From a virus (lineage: Duplodnaviria > Caudoviricetes), in the IMG/VR virus record IMGVR_UViG_3300009091_000015, positions 1,099 through 65,098 of that record: a stretch of 64,000 nucleotides of DNA, one strand, 5' to 3'. Made by a program: the position numbers and the translations under genes. This document shows, one piece after another, positions 38,301 to 48,157 of this stretch. The notes under the pieces are model-generated. The model was not told the origin of the DNA. It saw only the letters and a program-made list of their open reading frames with translations, and made no database searches. The first letter of the stretch is position 1; each line of letters begins with the position of its first letter.

Positions 38301-41300
38301 GCTGCTGAAGCGCAGACGCTGCAGGAAGTGGAGCTACTGCGAGAGGAGTACATGCTCGCCCCGAAGCGTGGGCAGCAGGGGCGCTATGACCCCAAGCTGC
38401 TCGACTACTTCCACGACCGATGGATGACGCTTCACGGTGAGATGACAGGCATGGTCGAGGAGGCGCTCGGCCCTGCCCCTGAAGAAGTAACAGAACAGAG
38501 GGCGGAGACACCTTCCGAAGAGGCGGCGGCGGCGGTCTCAGAGGTGGTCCAACCAGAGCAAGAAACAGAACCCGCTGAGGAGGGTGCTCCGCCCGCTCCT
38601 ACTGTGACGGAGACGGTCGCGCCGACCGACTTCACGACCACAACCACGGCGCAGCCGCGTCTTGGCAAGCGAGCACGCCGCAAGATCAACAGGGCGAAGT
38701 CGTTCTGGGAGAGGAAGCTGAACGCCGCGAAGACGCCGGAGGCAGTCGAGGCTGTCCGCGAGCAGATGCCAGACAACCTCCCCGACGACATGGCGCAGCG
38801 GATGTTCGACCAGCGCATGGCTGACGTGACGAAGTCGCAGCCGCCTGCTCCCAAGCGGAAGGGTCGCGGCAAGCGTGCGGCAGCGCCAGCTGTCGAGCCA
38901 GCCCCTGCCCCGGAGCCTGCCGTCGAGGCAGCCCCCGAGCCGGAGGTTGCTGAAGAGGCCCCCAAGAAGCCAGCCAAGAAGAAGGGCAAGAAGCACAACA
39001 CTCGCAAGCCGTCCGCTCCTCAGCAGGCAGCGCCGACGATGAAGGCCCCGCCGAAGCCGAAGGGCAAGACCTCCCGTCGCTTCGTTCGCGCCATCGAGAA
39101 CGCAGAGCGGGAGTCCGATCTCTCAAACGTCATGGTCGTCTACTTGCGGAAGGTTGCGGAAGGGCAGAGGGACGAGGCCGTCATCCACGCCTACGAGGTC
39201 AGGGCTCGCAAGCTGCGGTTCGATGCGCAGTATGGGAAGACCGGGCCTGTTCAGGAGGCGCAGCCTTTCACTGAGCCGCTCAATCCGGCGCAGGTCAGGG
39301 GGTTGGAGATTGGCAGGCCAGGACAGGAAGTTCCGCCAGTACCGCCCGTGCGTCTGACGCCGACTCCTGCTGATCGACGGCGCGGTCCACGAGCCCCGGT
39401 CCCGCTGGAGCGCCCGAGCCCAGAGTTCCTTCGCACCAGGTTTGCGCAACTCCAGAAGGAGATGGCTGACGTTCTGGCCAGGATCGAGGACCGGCTGGAT
39501 GCGATCAACGAGTCCGAGATGCTCGGCCCGACCGCTAAGGTGGCAGCGCATGAAGCCATGATGGACATGACCGGCCCGCACTGGGCGCTCTACCGGAAGC
39601 TGAACGCCCGGCGCATCAGGGCTGCGAAGCTGATCTCTGACGCTCTCGTCGAGGATGGGGGCGTCTCACTGATCGGGCAGGAGCTGGAGAAGGACGGCGC
39701 GGCCCGTTACCTGAAGCTGGCCGAGCTGGCCCAGGTGCTGCGTGACAACAGGTGGGAGACGCTGCGCATCGTCTACGTTGACGCCAACGGCGTCATCATG
39801 GACCATGAATTGCAGACCATACGAGCCCCAGGAGGAGCGCCCCTGATCCCATACCCGAGCGATGCCAAGCGGGCGCGGCAGGGTGACAAGGCCGCTGATC
39901 TGTATAGGGGCATCGGGAAGAAGTGGGCGGATGACATCCGCAAGAAAGCCAAGCGACTCGGCGCTTCAGGGGTTTACTTCGTCCACAACCACCCGCACTC
40001 GGAGACGAATAACCTGATGTCTTCTCCAGACATCTCAGCAACGATCCACGTTCACGACAATCTGCTCGGCGATCTCCTCATCGGCCATGTGCTCATCAAC
40101 GACCGCGTCGGGCAGTACATCCCTGGTGACATTTCTCAGATGGCTGGCCTGCAGGACACCATGTCCACCACGGAGAAGCTCAATCGCCTCCGACCGCTTG
40201 TCGTCTCTTACGACTTGCGGGCTTCAGTCGAGCGAGTTCCTCCAAAGCAGGGCAAGGGGCCTGGCTTCGGAGTTGCGGTCGAAGGTTACACGCTAGCTCC
40301 GACTGTCAAAGAAGACGGGTCGCCGCTGACCTTCGCTGATGAAGACGAAGCCAATGACTTCTATGAGGACAGAGGGCTCACGCTCGGGGAGATCGTGAAG
40401 GATCTGGAAGAGGCCGGGATGAATGACGAGCAGCTCTGGGTCGTCTTCACCGCCTTCGTAATCAAGGATGGTCAGAACGTCGAGGAGACTCTGTACGCCA
40501 CGCCATTCAGGAGAGAGGCGTTCAGCTTTGAGCCGCTCGCTGCGGACTGGTCAGGCGACACCATGGCGGCGGAGTCGCAGGCTGACGCATTGGCCGGAAC
40601 GATCCGTGGGATAGCTCGCCCCCTCGGTGCGCACGGCGCTATCGTTGTCGGCATGAGCAACATGGACGAGGAACTTCTGGATGTCCTCGGAACCTACTAC
40701 AGAACCGGACTCATCACCGATGTCTACTTCCTGGACGCTCCTACTGCCACGGCATCATCGCTGGGCGGTGGATTTGCCACGGAGGGACAGATGGGTAGGG
40801 CGGGACACATCCCGGCCTTGATGGTTGGCGCGTCTGGCAGAGGGATACCAACCCCCCCGGTCGGCCCCGGCTGGGCGACCCGAGGCGCGGCCACTCCACC
40901 GGCTGCGCCAGCAGCCCCCGCTGCACCAGCTGCGCCAGCAGCCCAGCCAGCACCAGCCGCTCCCGGCACGGCCCCCACTGTCACGCGGGGGCAGGGTCTC
41001 CGTGATCTGGCCGGGCTGCCCAGGCTCGGGGCTGACCGCACGCTGGCCGACCGCTTCCTCCACCGCATCTTCCGCAAGGGGCCTGAGGGTTGGGAGAGCC
41101 CGCTCCGGGCGAAGGCCATGCGGTTCTTACGTGACCAGTTCAACATCCATGGCGGGGACATCCCGAAGGGGGTAGCGCGGCTGCTCGAAGCTCGGGAGTA
41201 CGCCCGTGAGCATGCCCGGCTCGATAGCCGAACGATGCAGGCCAGGCTCACGAACGTCATCAACAACCTCAAGCGGGACGGACATGATGAGGGTCAGGTC

Positions 41301-44300
41301 CGCGAAGCCATCAAGATGGTGACGGAAGGCGCGATGACGCCGAGTGACCTGGCGCTTCGGCTCGACGTGCCGATGGACAACCCGCTCATCCGTGCCTTGG
41401 AGGGGATTCACCAGGAGCACCTCGACTGGCAGCAGGCGATAGCAAGCTGGCGAGGCATGAGCCCTCAATTGAAGGAGATCATCGAGGAGCAGGTCTACTA
41501 CCAGACCCGCTTCTACCAGCGGTGGTTGCTCGGTGACTACTTCATCCCGAACGACGCCGACTTCCAGAATGCTCGCCAGATCATGGAGGACGACCTGGTG
41601 GAGGAGATCAACCAGGTCATGCGCAGGGCCGGTGATCTGCGGGGCATCCGCCAGCCGGTGGATATCGCAGCCTACCTGGAGACTGGTGACGACACCCTGC
41701 TCGCCAACCTGTCGGCCAGCAGGCAAGGCTCGATCCGAAGCCTGCGCAATCACTACATGCAGCTGGCGGACCTCGTGCGCAGCATCCAGCGTGGGCCGAA
41801 CAACACCTACCAGGCGATCATCGACCTGGGCGAGATCCACGACGTGGCGCTCAAGGCGGTCAACTCCTACCTCCAGCAAGACCCGGTCGGGCCGGAGACC
41901 ACGAGCGGAGTCGGGACTGCGAACTTCATCCACCGCAAGCTGAACGAGGCGTTCCGCAAGCTGTACGGCGAGGTGACGGACCCGACCTATCGCGAGCCAA
42001 CCACGGTCGAAGTGCAGCAGAACATCCTCGCCAACATGGTGATGATGGAAAAGCTGTTCCAGGAGGGCGGGAACGCCGGGTGGTGGACGAGCCGTCGCAG
42101 TGGGACACATTCGGTCCAGCTTGGGAGCGAGACCAACCGCCGTGACAAGCTGCGCTACGGCCCCATGGCTGGCAAGTGGGTGACGCCAGGCATAGCGAAG
42201 GCGCTTGAGTCCAAGATCCCGAGCAGCAGTCTGGCATCGAAGATCGCCTCCATCCTCTGGCTCGGGCCGCAGGCTGGGATGCGGGCAACGAAGCTGCTGT
42301 GGGCCAAGACGATTGGCAGGAACGGGGCAACCTCAGTCTTCGGCCAGGCGCTGAGTTGCGGCGATGTGTACTACGGGAGTTTCTGGGGCCACCTCACAGA
42401 GGGCATCGCCATCGCATGGAAGGCCAATCCGCTCGCCAACATCGGGCCGGACATCACGCTTTACGGGGTCAGGCCGGGGCAGAAGAACGTCTGGGCCATG
42501 GAGAAAGTGGCGGAGGCAGCGAAGGAGGGGTACTACTCGCACAAAGCGCAGTCCCTGTCGCAGGGCGTGAAGGCCATCATCGAGAGCCCGCTGTTCTCTC
42601 CCTTCGGGCTCACCGGCAAGATCAGAAACTTCCTCCAGCATGCGATGGAGGCATACGCACTGATCGACTTCCCGGTGAAGTACGCCGCCTACAAGACCCA
42701 CCTCGAAGAGTACGAGAAGGCCGGGGTGCCAACCGAGAAGGCGAAGGCTGGGGCCAGGGAGTGGGTGGCCCTGCACTACCAGAACCGGCACCGTGGGCCG
42801 AAGGCGTTGGACACCGTAGCCCTGGTGCCTGGTGCCGACTACGTCGGCTACACCTACGACAGCGGCAGGATGCTGGCGAACGGAGCGCACACAGCCATCA
42901 CGCACGCCTTCAAGGGCGACCCAGTGATGCCAAACAAGGAGATCAACCTCCGGCCCCTGGTCGGCTTCATCAGCGCCAGGCTCCTCCCGCTCTCCGCTCT
43001 CGGTGGCGGCAACTGGCTCTACAACACGGCGTTCCGACCACTGCTCACCGATGCCTGGGCCAAGTTTGCATCCCAGACCGAGGGCGCTGGCAAGATGGCG
43101 GACGAGATCCTCGGCTACTTCTTCCCGCACGACGACGAGGACAAGGAGAAGAAGGTCGTCAAGCGCACCCCGCTGACGAACGAGGAGATGGTCAACTTCC
43201 GAAAGTTCTGGCCCGACTACGACAAGAACATGAACGCGCTGGCCTGGAAGACGGAGTACGAGGACGGCTCGGTAGAACTCAGCTACACCGCCATGAATGG
43301 CAACACCGCCTTCCCGGTGGAGGAGTGGATCTCCGGTGCGCTGCAGACTTCCATGGAGGGCGGCACCCCGTTCTGGAAGGCGCTGCTCGCCAACATGGCG
43401 CAGAACCTCGGGCCAGGCATGTACCTGGAGGAGCAGCTGGAGCTGTGGACTGGGCTGGACACAGCGTTCGACGTAGACCGTGAGGGCATTGGAGAGCTGA
43501 TCGGTTCCCGTATAGCTCACCACCCGAACAAAGACGAGGGCAAGATTGCGAAGGAGCGCATCTCCCACTTTCTCATCAACGTGATGACCGGCCAGCTCGG
43601 CCCGACCATCCAGTACACCCACGACTACGTGAAGCGGCAGAAGCTCGGGCAGAAGGCACAGCCTGGCAGCATGATCGCGCCCAAGTCGCTGCATGATGTG
43701 CGGCAGAAGTTCACCAGGTTCGTCCGCACCTACCACTACGACAAGGACGACCTTGGCAGACTGCTCGCCTATCAGATAGCCCCCATCTCAGAGGACATCC
43801 ACACTGACAAGTACAACGCCGGGGCGCAGCGCCGGGCTGAGGTGGACAAGGGTGTCGCCACGCAGGAGGACATCGCTCGCTCCATCTCCGGGCGCAAGGA
43901 ACTGGCGCGTGATCTAATGAAGGCCCACGAGCTAGTCCGCGCCTTCAGGTCGCTACCAGCTACCAGCGAGATTGATGATGTTCAGCTATCTCTGAAACTG
44001 CAGGCGGCTGGCTCGAAGAAGCGAGCGCCCATCGGCGACGACGAGGCGATGGCAATCATCACCGGGAAGTTTGACAGGCTGAAGCCCTGGGAGTCGAAGG
44101 CGAAGCCAACCTACGAGGGGACCGGCGAACACATAGCGGTCAAGTACATGAAGGAGAACTGGGGTCATATCAGCTACTCAGAGTTGCAGAAGCTGATGAT
44201 CGAGCAGGGCTACAAGGTGGAGCCGGACATCAAGAAGTTCAAAACCTGGGCAAAGTCCAGGTGGGCGAAGTGGAAGGAGCTTGGGGAGACGTTCGAGGAA

Positions 44301-44309
44301 GAGGAGTGA
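35382..44309 (+). CDS. Large internal virion (polyvalent-like) protein with JAB/RadC-like domain
   Basis: 2975 aa; ETLRIVYVD...AKRLGASGVYFVHNHP...SSPD near 39756-40030. Confidence 0.8.
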   Translation: MKTMPAPIPPAPGLTDPQQTGTSREDWLYFKSPEYTELPLPEKLSKFNSVARRSNTYATMPWAEREKLRTKILGVNSTLDVFKHEAFPALETVDQNDLFNSYVQGSTTWEGLDTEKKKKARAKWVPAFAAGQKQQKVQETLRAGIERQNTLPGIDIEMPESLQPQVQAEPSEDEFQRRVYYASIGRSIDEEGNLNIPRRGKEPYKAPAYVFAMPGMSVAEQQGIGDAFVEQLKDPEVSRWWEFTKRQQKALASNPEFTPEDLGALERAGKGLTAGLARMASTPVTAWSMMQAGHGMTKAAEETAKKAQKISGVMAEGGYRPLRMSDYSGGDVAGWTTALLEGVATTLPTTAAAATVGAVTGGMGAPPLLGSIAAGAALEIPMVYQDVYEATGKLEPGLATALGGLAGVLEGYGAGGMSKRLIDAGVPRSVISRALVKMASGKELLKDMSQEALTEVAQTFPEALAIAIAEDPTMKMDFETALEFVKKTAPEAAESGVTGFFTPLAVSGPAMIRQDIRARQPLPIDPAEVDAVARASMRPTGQGQLIIDTEEAQGVRAPSIPGAALGPEAMEAGRARAAAEQAAYREQVTAEDATQAQAEIDAYRERARARGAEEPEVQLNERMNALGPEDQAQVRDRTTELMAQMRARFVEQFGEERVTPAIEQNITRRAWDQALTEMNAQPAPRPEVLGPTGESLTAPEPLPAGPVVVPGRVQDERLAAEAEQRRAAARASMQAQGLVEGARARLALPPRLVIAGERKRESEQAAADILAKLHSDDTLGQGLADMQALADQYGEALQAHLNLQAEREARARAARAKLDELIQEIGRTKPGSKRNTALQEEIDALQETEIIDSLEETEDEAAARERVRFIEDAHAYIMDRVTPDMTPQLSANLDRITQGSLRWAARVFEQNGMPEQAAWAQRAADDPQLARVVPENIVNSLIEDARQTAARVNEREQRLANPRKLKNSQWRQLAAEAQTLQEVELLREEYMLAPKRGQQGRYDPKLLDYFHDRWMTLHGEMTGMVEEALGPAPEEVTEQRAETPSEEAAAAVSEVVQPEQETEPAEEGAPPAPTVTETVAPTDFTTTTTAQPRLGKRARRKINRAKSFWERKLNAAKTPEAVEAVREQMPDNLPDDMAQRMFDQRMADVTKSQPPAPKRKGRGKRAAAPAVEPAPAPEPAVEAAPEPEVAEEAPKKPAKKKGKKHNTRKPSAPQQAAPTMKAPPKPKGKTSRRFVRAIENAERESDLSNVMVVYLRKVAEGQRDEAVIHAYEVRARKLRFDAQYGKTGPVQEAQPFTEPLNPAQVRGLEIGRPGQEVPPVPPVRLTPTPADRRRGPRAPVPLERPSPEFLRTRFAQLQKEMADVLARIEDRLDAINESEMLGPTAKVAAHEAMMDMTGPHWALYRKLNARRIRAAKLISDALVEDGGVSLIGQELEKDGAARYLKLAELAQVLRDNRWETLRIVYVDANGVIMDHELQTIRAPGGAPLIPYPSDAKRARQGDKAADLYRGIGKKWADDIRKKAKRLGASGVYFVHNHPHSETNNLMSSPDISATIHVHDNLLGDLLIGHVLINDRVGQYIPGDISQMAGLQDTMSTTEKLNRLRPLVVSYDLRASVERVPPKQGKGPGFGVAVEGYTLAPTVKEDGSPLTFADEDEANDFYEDRGLTLGEIVKDLEEAGMNDEQLWVVFTAFVIKDGQNVEETLYATPFRREAFSFEPLAADWSGDTMAAESQADALAGTIRGIARPLGAHGAIVVGMSNMDEELLDVLGTYYRTGLITDVYFLDAPTATASSLGGGFATEGQMGRAGHIPALMVGASGRGIPTPPVGPGWATRGAATPPAAPAAPAAPAAPAAQPAPAAPGTAPTVTRGQGLRDLAGLPRLGADRTLADRFLHRIFRKGPEGWESPLRAKAMRFLRDQFNIHGGDIPKGVARLLEAREYAREHARLDSRTMQARLTNVINNLKRDGHDEGQVREAIKMVTEGAMTPSDLALRLDVPMDNPLIRALEGIHQEHLDWQQAIASWRGMSPQLKEIIEEQVYYQTRFYQRWLLGDYFIPNDADFQNARQIMEDDLVEEINQVMRRAGDLRGIRQPVDIAAYLETGDDTLLANLSASRQGSIRSLRNHYMQLADLVRSIQRGPNNTYQAIIDLGEIHDVALKAVNSYLQQDPVGPETTSGVGTANFIHRKLNEAFRKLYGEVTDPTYREPTTVEVQQNILANMVMMEKLFQEGGNAGWWTSRRSGTHSVQLGSETNRRDKLRYGPMAGKWVTPGIAKALESKIPSSSLASKIASILWLGPQAGMRATKLLWAKTIGRNGATSVFGQALSCGDVYYGSFWGHLTEGIAIAWKANPLANIGPDITLYGVRPGQKNVWAMEKVAEAAKEGYYSHKAQSLSQGVKAIIESPLFSPFGLTGKIRNFLQHAMEAYALIDFPVKYAAYKTHLEEYEKAGVPTEKAKAGAREWVALHYQNRHRGPKALDTVALVPGADYVGYTYDSGRMLANGAHTAITHAFKGDPVMPNKEINLRPLVGFISARLLPLSALGGGNWLYNTAFRPLLTDAWAKFASQTEGAGKMADEILGYFFPHDDEDKEKKVVKRTPLTNEEMVNFRKFWPDYDKNMNALAWKTEYEDGSVELSYTAMNGNTAFPVEEWISGALQTSMEGGTPFWKALLANMAQNLGPGMYLEEQLELWTGLDTAFDVDREGIGELIGSRIAHHPNKDEGKIAKERISHFLINVMTGQLGPTIQYTHDYVKRQKLGQKAQPGSMIAPKSLHDVRQKFTRFVRTYHYDKDDLGRLLAYQIAPISEDIHTDKYNAGAQRRAEVDKGVATQEDIARSISGRKELARDLMKAHELVRAFRSLPATSEIDDVQLSLKLQAAGSKKRAPIGDDEAMAIITGKFDRLKPWESKAKPTYEGTGEHIAVKYMKENWGHISYSELQKLMIEQGYKVEPDIKKFKTWAKSRWAKWKELGETFEEEE

Positions 44310-44322
44310 TAGGATCGCACCG

Positions 44323-44826
44323 ATGCGGCTCAAGCTAATGCTGGCGGCGTTTCCACTCCTGCTGCCATGGGTGGCTGAGGCGATCACGCCAACCCCAACC
44401 TCAATCTGGTCAACCTCCACACCCACACCAACCCGCACTCCGACCCGGACGCGGACGCCAACGCGCACCCCGACGCGCACTCCCACCATAACCCGCACCC
44501 CAACCCGCACTCCAACACCTACCAGGACACCGACGCCGACGGTTACCCCAACGCTAACTCCAACCCCAACGTGGCCCATCGTCTGCGAGACGCCCGTGTT
44601 CAAGGGCAACGATCTGGTCGAGGTGCGGGTGAATTACGCGCACGAGGCTACGCCGGGCGTCCCCTACGTGGTGAGGCTCGGCCCGATCCACTTTGAGGGG
44701 GACTCCACTGCAACCATCCGGGCTGAGGGCCATCCGACGGGATGCGACTGGGACTTCGCCAACACCATTTTCGATGATGGGTTCGAGGATGGTGGTACTT
44801 CACAATGGTCTTCGACCGCCCCATAG
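44323..44826 (+). CDS. Secreted protein with Pro/Thr linker and C-terminal IFDDGFE motif
   Basis: Signal peptide ending AEA, TPTR repeats, NTIFDDGFEDGGTSQWS. Confidence 0.75.
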   Translation: MRLKLMLAAFPLLLPWVAEAITPTPTSIWSTSTPTPTRTPTRTRTPTRTPTRTPTITRTPTRTPTPTRTPTPTVTPTLTPTPTWPIVCETPVFKGNDLVEVRVNYAHEATPGVPYVVRLGPIHFEGDSTATIRAEGHPTGCDWDFANTIFDDGFEDGGTSQWSSTAP

Positions 44827-44837
44827 GAGGAGGCACC

Positions 44838-45491
44838 ATGGCAACTGATCCGCCCGAGTATCTGCCCTACTTCTACGCCTACAACGACCTGCTCAGCAAG
44901 CTCAGCGAGACTTACCGCAAGGTGGGGATGAACATTGCTGAGCGCAAGTACGTCTACCATAGGGGCGCGTTCTACATCGACGCTGCCTTGACCATCGACA
45001 CGCTGCTCTCGCTGGAGTTCCAGCCGCTGATGGAGTGCAACTACAACTGGCAGTGGTGGGCTGAGGAGATGCGCAAGCAGGGTGAGGCTCTCGGTGACGA
45101 TGCCGCCTATGCGATGATCTTGCCCGGCCCGTTCATGGGTGAGTGGCACGACTACCCATCGCTCACGAACAGCACCGACAAGATGATCTCCCTGATGACC
45201 GGGGTCTACCGCACCGAGGATGAAGACTCCGATGTCGGCGGTCTCGGCACCATCACCCCGGCTGAGTGCGTGAAGCTGACGCACCGCTTCTGCCGCTTCT
45301 GGCTGTGGAGGAGCTGCGGAGAGATGGTGCATGGCTACATGAAGCCGTGGCCATGGCTGAAGGCCGTGACTGACGAACTTCAGCAGCTCTATCGCAAGCT
45401 GGGTGAGCCGGACAAGGCTGGGAGCGCATGGGCAACGAAGCCGCTACCGCCCGGCTATGTGCCGCCTTTCTCGTGGGGTGGCCAGCCGTGA
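44838..45491 (+). CDS. Hypothetical protein
   Basis: AGGAGG SD before MATDPP. Confidence 0.75.
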   Translation: MATDPPEYLPYFYAYNDLLSKLSETYRKVGMNIAERKYVYHRGAFYIDAALTIDTLLSLEFQPLMECNYNWQWWAEEMRKQGEALGDDAAYAMILPGPFMGEWHDYPSLTNSTDKMISLMTGVYRTEDEDSDVGGLGTITPAECVKLTHRFCRFWLWRSCGEMVHGYMKPWPWLKAVTDELQQLYRKLGEPDKAGSAWATKPLPPGYVPPFSWGGQP

Positions 45492-45572
45492 CCTCCCGCC
45501 GCGAGCTGGACCGCCGCCGCGTGATGCGGGCGATGATCCAGCTCTTGGACGAAGTCGAGGAGAGGAGACGCC

Positions 45573-45707
45573 ATGATCCGCAAGAAGAAGGATGGCTACC
45601 ATGTGGTGAGCGAGAAGGGCAAGAACCTCGGTGGCCCCTACAAGACCAGGGAGGCTGCGAAGAAGCGGCTCCAGCAGGTCGAGCACTTCAAGCATAAGGG
45701 GAAGTGA
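45573..45707 (+). CDS. Small basic protein (44 aa)
   Basis: Hand translation MIRKKKDGYHVVSEKGKNLGGPYKTREAAKKRLQQVEHFKHKGK; GAGGAG SD. Confidence 0.75.
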   Translation: MIRKKKDGYHVVSEKGKNLGGPYKTREAAKKRLQQVEHFKHKGK

Positions 45708-45710
45708 CCC

Positions 45711-46244
45711 ATGAGTGAGCGGCAAAAAGCAGCCGCCAGAGAAACCATGAAGAGGGTCAACGCACGCAACAAGGCCAATGGTTATGCGGCACAGCGAGAG
45801 GCGCTGAAGAAGACCCTGGCAAGACAGGAGGCTCTTGGGTGGCCTATCCTCAAGGCAAATCTCAAGGCGGCAGCGGAAGCAACTACCACCCATGGGCTGA
45901 GCAGCCATCCGCTTTACAGAATATGGCGCGGCATGCTTGCCCGCTGCTCCGACCGGGCCAGAGAGCGCGAACGCAAGCACTACTTCGACCGTGGCATCTG
46001 CGTCTGCGAGCGTTGGCAAGGGGACGATGGTTTGAAGAACTTCATTGCTGACATGGGGGAGCGGCCACTTGGCTATTCAATTGACCGCATCGACCCTGAC
46101 GGAGACTACTCACCAGAGAACTGCCGATGGGCTACGTACAGGAAGCAAGCTCGCAACAAGGGGAAGGTCTACGAGGTTCCCCGTGTAGTTCTGCGCTGGT
46201 ATTGTGGACGGCCATCCTTCAAACGCTCTCAAGCGGCAGCCTAG
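45711..46244 (+). CDS. HNH-type endonuclease-like protein
   Basis: [38 protein letters not shown]. Confidence 0.85.
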   Translation: MSERQKAAARETMKRVNARNKANGYAAQREALKKTLARQEALGWPILKANLKAAAEATTTHGLSSHPLYRIWRGMLARCSDRARERERKHYFDRGICVCERWQGDDGLKNFIADMGERPLGYSIDRIDPDGDYSPENCRWATYRKQARNKGKVYEVPRVVLRWYCGRPSFKRSQAAA

Positions 46245-46256
46245 TAGGAGGATTGA

Positions 46257-46856
46257 ATGTCGAAGCTCACCGAGTTTTTCAAGAAGGTCAACAAGACCCC
46301 GTGGTTCGGGACGGTCAAGAAGATTGCTCCCACACTGGCGGCTGGGTTAGCCGGGGGAGGGCCGATTGGTGCGGCGGCGGTCCAAATCTTGATGGGCGTG
46401 CTGAAGATCGACGGCGACCCCAACGACCCCGGCACTCTGGATCAGATCTCCGAGGTCATGGCGAGCGGCGACCTGGAGAAGTTGCACCTGCTCAAGATCG
46501 CAGAGCAGCAGTTTGTGGTCGAGATGAAGAAGCTCGATCTGCAAGAGCAAGACCTCTATCTCGAAGATGTGCAGAGCGCACGGGGGATGCACATCGCGCA
46601 GAGGGAGGCGACCCCCTCGGTGCTGACCTACCTGAGCCTCATCGTCTTCTTCGGGATGATGGCGCTGATCCTCTGGCAGCACGACTGGTTTGGCGACAAC
46701 GAGTTTGCCCAGAACTTGTGCTTCATGGTGATCGGCGGGGCGCTCGGCTGGGTGAACCAAGCGTTCAACTTCTGGCTCGGGTCGAGCCGGGGCAGCCAAG
46801 CCAAGAGCGAGGCGATGCTCTCGCAGCTGAACCAGCAGAGCAACGGCGACAGCTGA
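46257..46856 (+). CDS. Holin-like membrane protein
   Basis: APTLAAGL.GGP, DVQSAR, two C-terminal TMs, FWLGSSRGS. Confidence 0.7.
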   Translation: MSKLTEFFKKVNKTPWFGTVKKIAPTLAAGLAGGGPIGAAAVQILMGVLKIDGDPNDPGTLDQISEVMASGDLEKLHLLKIAEQQFVVEMKKLDLQEQDLYLEDVQSARGMHIAQREATPSVLTYLSLIVFFGMMALILWQHDWFGDNEFAQNLCFMVIGGALGWVNQAFNFWLGSSRGSQAKSEAMLSQLNQQSNGDS

Positions 46857-46876
46857 CCTCTACCGGACAGACAACG

Positions 46877-46903
46877 AAAGGCCCCCGGAATCCGGGGGCC
46901 TTT
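46877..46903. terminator. Bidirectional intrinsic terminator
   Basis: AAAGGCCCCCGG-AAT-CCGGGGGCCTTT between convergent operons. Confidence 0.8.
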
Positions 46904-46945
46904 GTCTCGCTGGCTGCACAGCAAGACGTTGGAAAGAAGGCGAGA

Positions 46946-48157
46946 TCAGTCTACCACGGCCTTCTTGCTGGCAGCTTCCCACTGCTTCACCATGTCTGCC
47001 CAGTCCTTCAGGAACTTGGCCCTGTCGCTCTCGCTCTTGATGGAGCCGGGGCCGTCCATTCCGCCATGCCCGGAGGCCAGGCGCTCCATCACCCTGACCG
47101 CGAAGTCCTCCTCCTTCCCACACCGGATGGCCTGCTGGAGCAGGGCCTGCCAGAAGGCTGTGTACTGGTCTCCCTCCATCAGCGACGACGAGGCGATGCC
47201 TCCGGACTGCTCTCCGAATAGGGGGGAGTCTTCAGGCGTGCGCTTCCCGTTTGCTTTGCCGCCTGTCTCCTCGCCTGGGGCCGAGGCAGTGGTAGAGGGC
47301 GGCTGCTTGGCCGACGGTTCTGAGGGCTTCCTGGTGCGCTTTTTGAGGGTCTCTTTCGCAGACTGATTCTCATCTGAGAAGTAGTCTTCGATGCTGGACA
47401 TGCCATCCCGCAAGGAGTTGAAGATGCGGGTCAGGTCGATGAGCTGGATCTCGTCGATGGCCTCGGCCTTCTTGCGGTAGCGGGCCTCGATCATTTCCTG
47501 GCTCACCTCCAGCTCCTTGAACTTGGCGAGCATGGTCTTGATGCGATCCTTCAAGGGCTTGCCCCCGCCACCCTTGAGGGTCTCCTCGCACTGGGCGAGG
47601 GCTCCCTCCTGCACGTCGCCGGGAATCAGGGACAGGATGCACGCCCGGATGCGCCTGGCTGCCAGGTTGGCGATCATCTCGTAGATGTCACGGGGATCGG
47701 TCAGGCGCTGCATGCCGCCGCTCTTGGAGTAGCGGATGTGCTTGACGTGGAAGACCCGCTCCTGCAGGGTGTTGGTCTCCATGTCGATGGCGTATGCCTG
47801 GACCTCGGAGACCCCAGCGCCCTGCGACAACTCCCTGAATCCAAAGCGGATGTTGCCCCAGTGCCTGGCCATGGTCTCGGCCAGCCTGATGGATGCGCCA
47901 CGCACGGACGCCCCGCCCCTGCTGTAGCTGTACTCAGCCACCTGAGCCAGTGACTGCCGCTTGCAGGCTTCGACGATCTTCTGCTCTGCCCGGATCTCGT
48001 CCCTCGGGAAGCGCTTGGCCACGATGAACTGGGCCTGCGCTTCCTGCACGGCCCGGCTCTCCTCGATCCTGGTGATGGCCGCAGCCTGGCTGTCCTGCTG
48101 CACCTCCCCATCCTCGAAGATGGTGATGGGACTCGCTGTTCTGATCTCGTCGTTCAT
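46946..48157 (-). CDS. Putative single-strand annealing/recombination protein
   Basis: AKRFPRD, YSYSRGG..V.GASIRLAE, WGNI, DPRDIYE motifs; downstream of YqaJ exonuclease. Confidence 0.65.
   Translation of the reverse strand: MNDEIRTASPITIFEDGEVQQDSQAAAITRIEESRAVQEAQAQFIVAKRFPRDEIRAEQKIVEACKRQSLAQVAEYSYSRGGASVRGASIRLAETMARHWGNIRFGFRELSQGAGVSEVQAYAIDMETNTLQERVFHVKHIRYSKSGGMQRLTDPRDIYEMIANLAARRIRACILSLIPGDVQEGALAQCEETLKGGGGKPLKDRIKTMLAKFKELEVSQEMIEARYRKKAEAIDEIQLIDLTRIFNSLRDGMSSIEDYFSDENQSAKETLKKRTRKPSEPSAKQPPSTTASAPGEETGGKANGKRTPEDSPLFGEQSGGIASSSLMEGDQYTAFWQALLQQAIRCGKEEDFAVRVMERLASGHGGMDGPGSIKSESDRAKFLKDWADMVKQWEAASKKAVVD

Noticed and set aside
35382-44309. Virion RNA polymerase
   Set aside because: No DxDGD-type or T7-like polymerase motifs recognised by eye; not excluded without a profile search
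44395-44570. DNA tandem repeat or array
   Set aside because: Degenerate at third positions; it simply encodes the Thr-Pro linker
45428-45697. 89-aa ORF
   Set aside because: Overlaps the better supported 44-aa gene at 45573-45707, which has a clear SD
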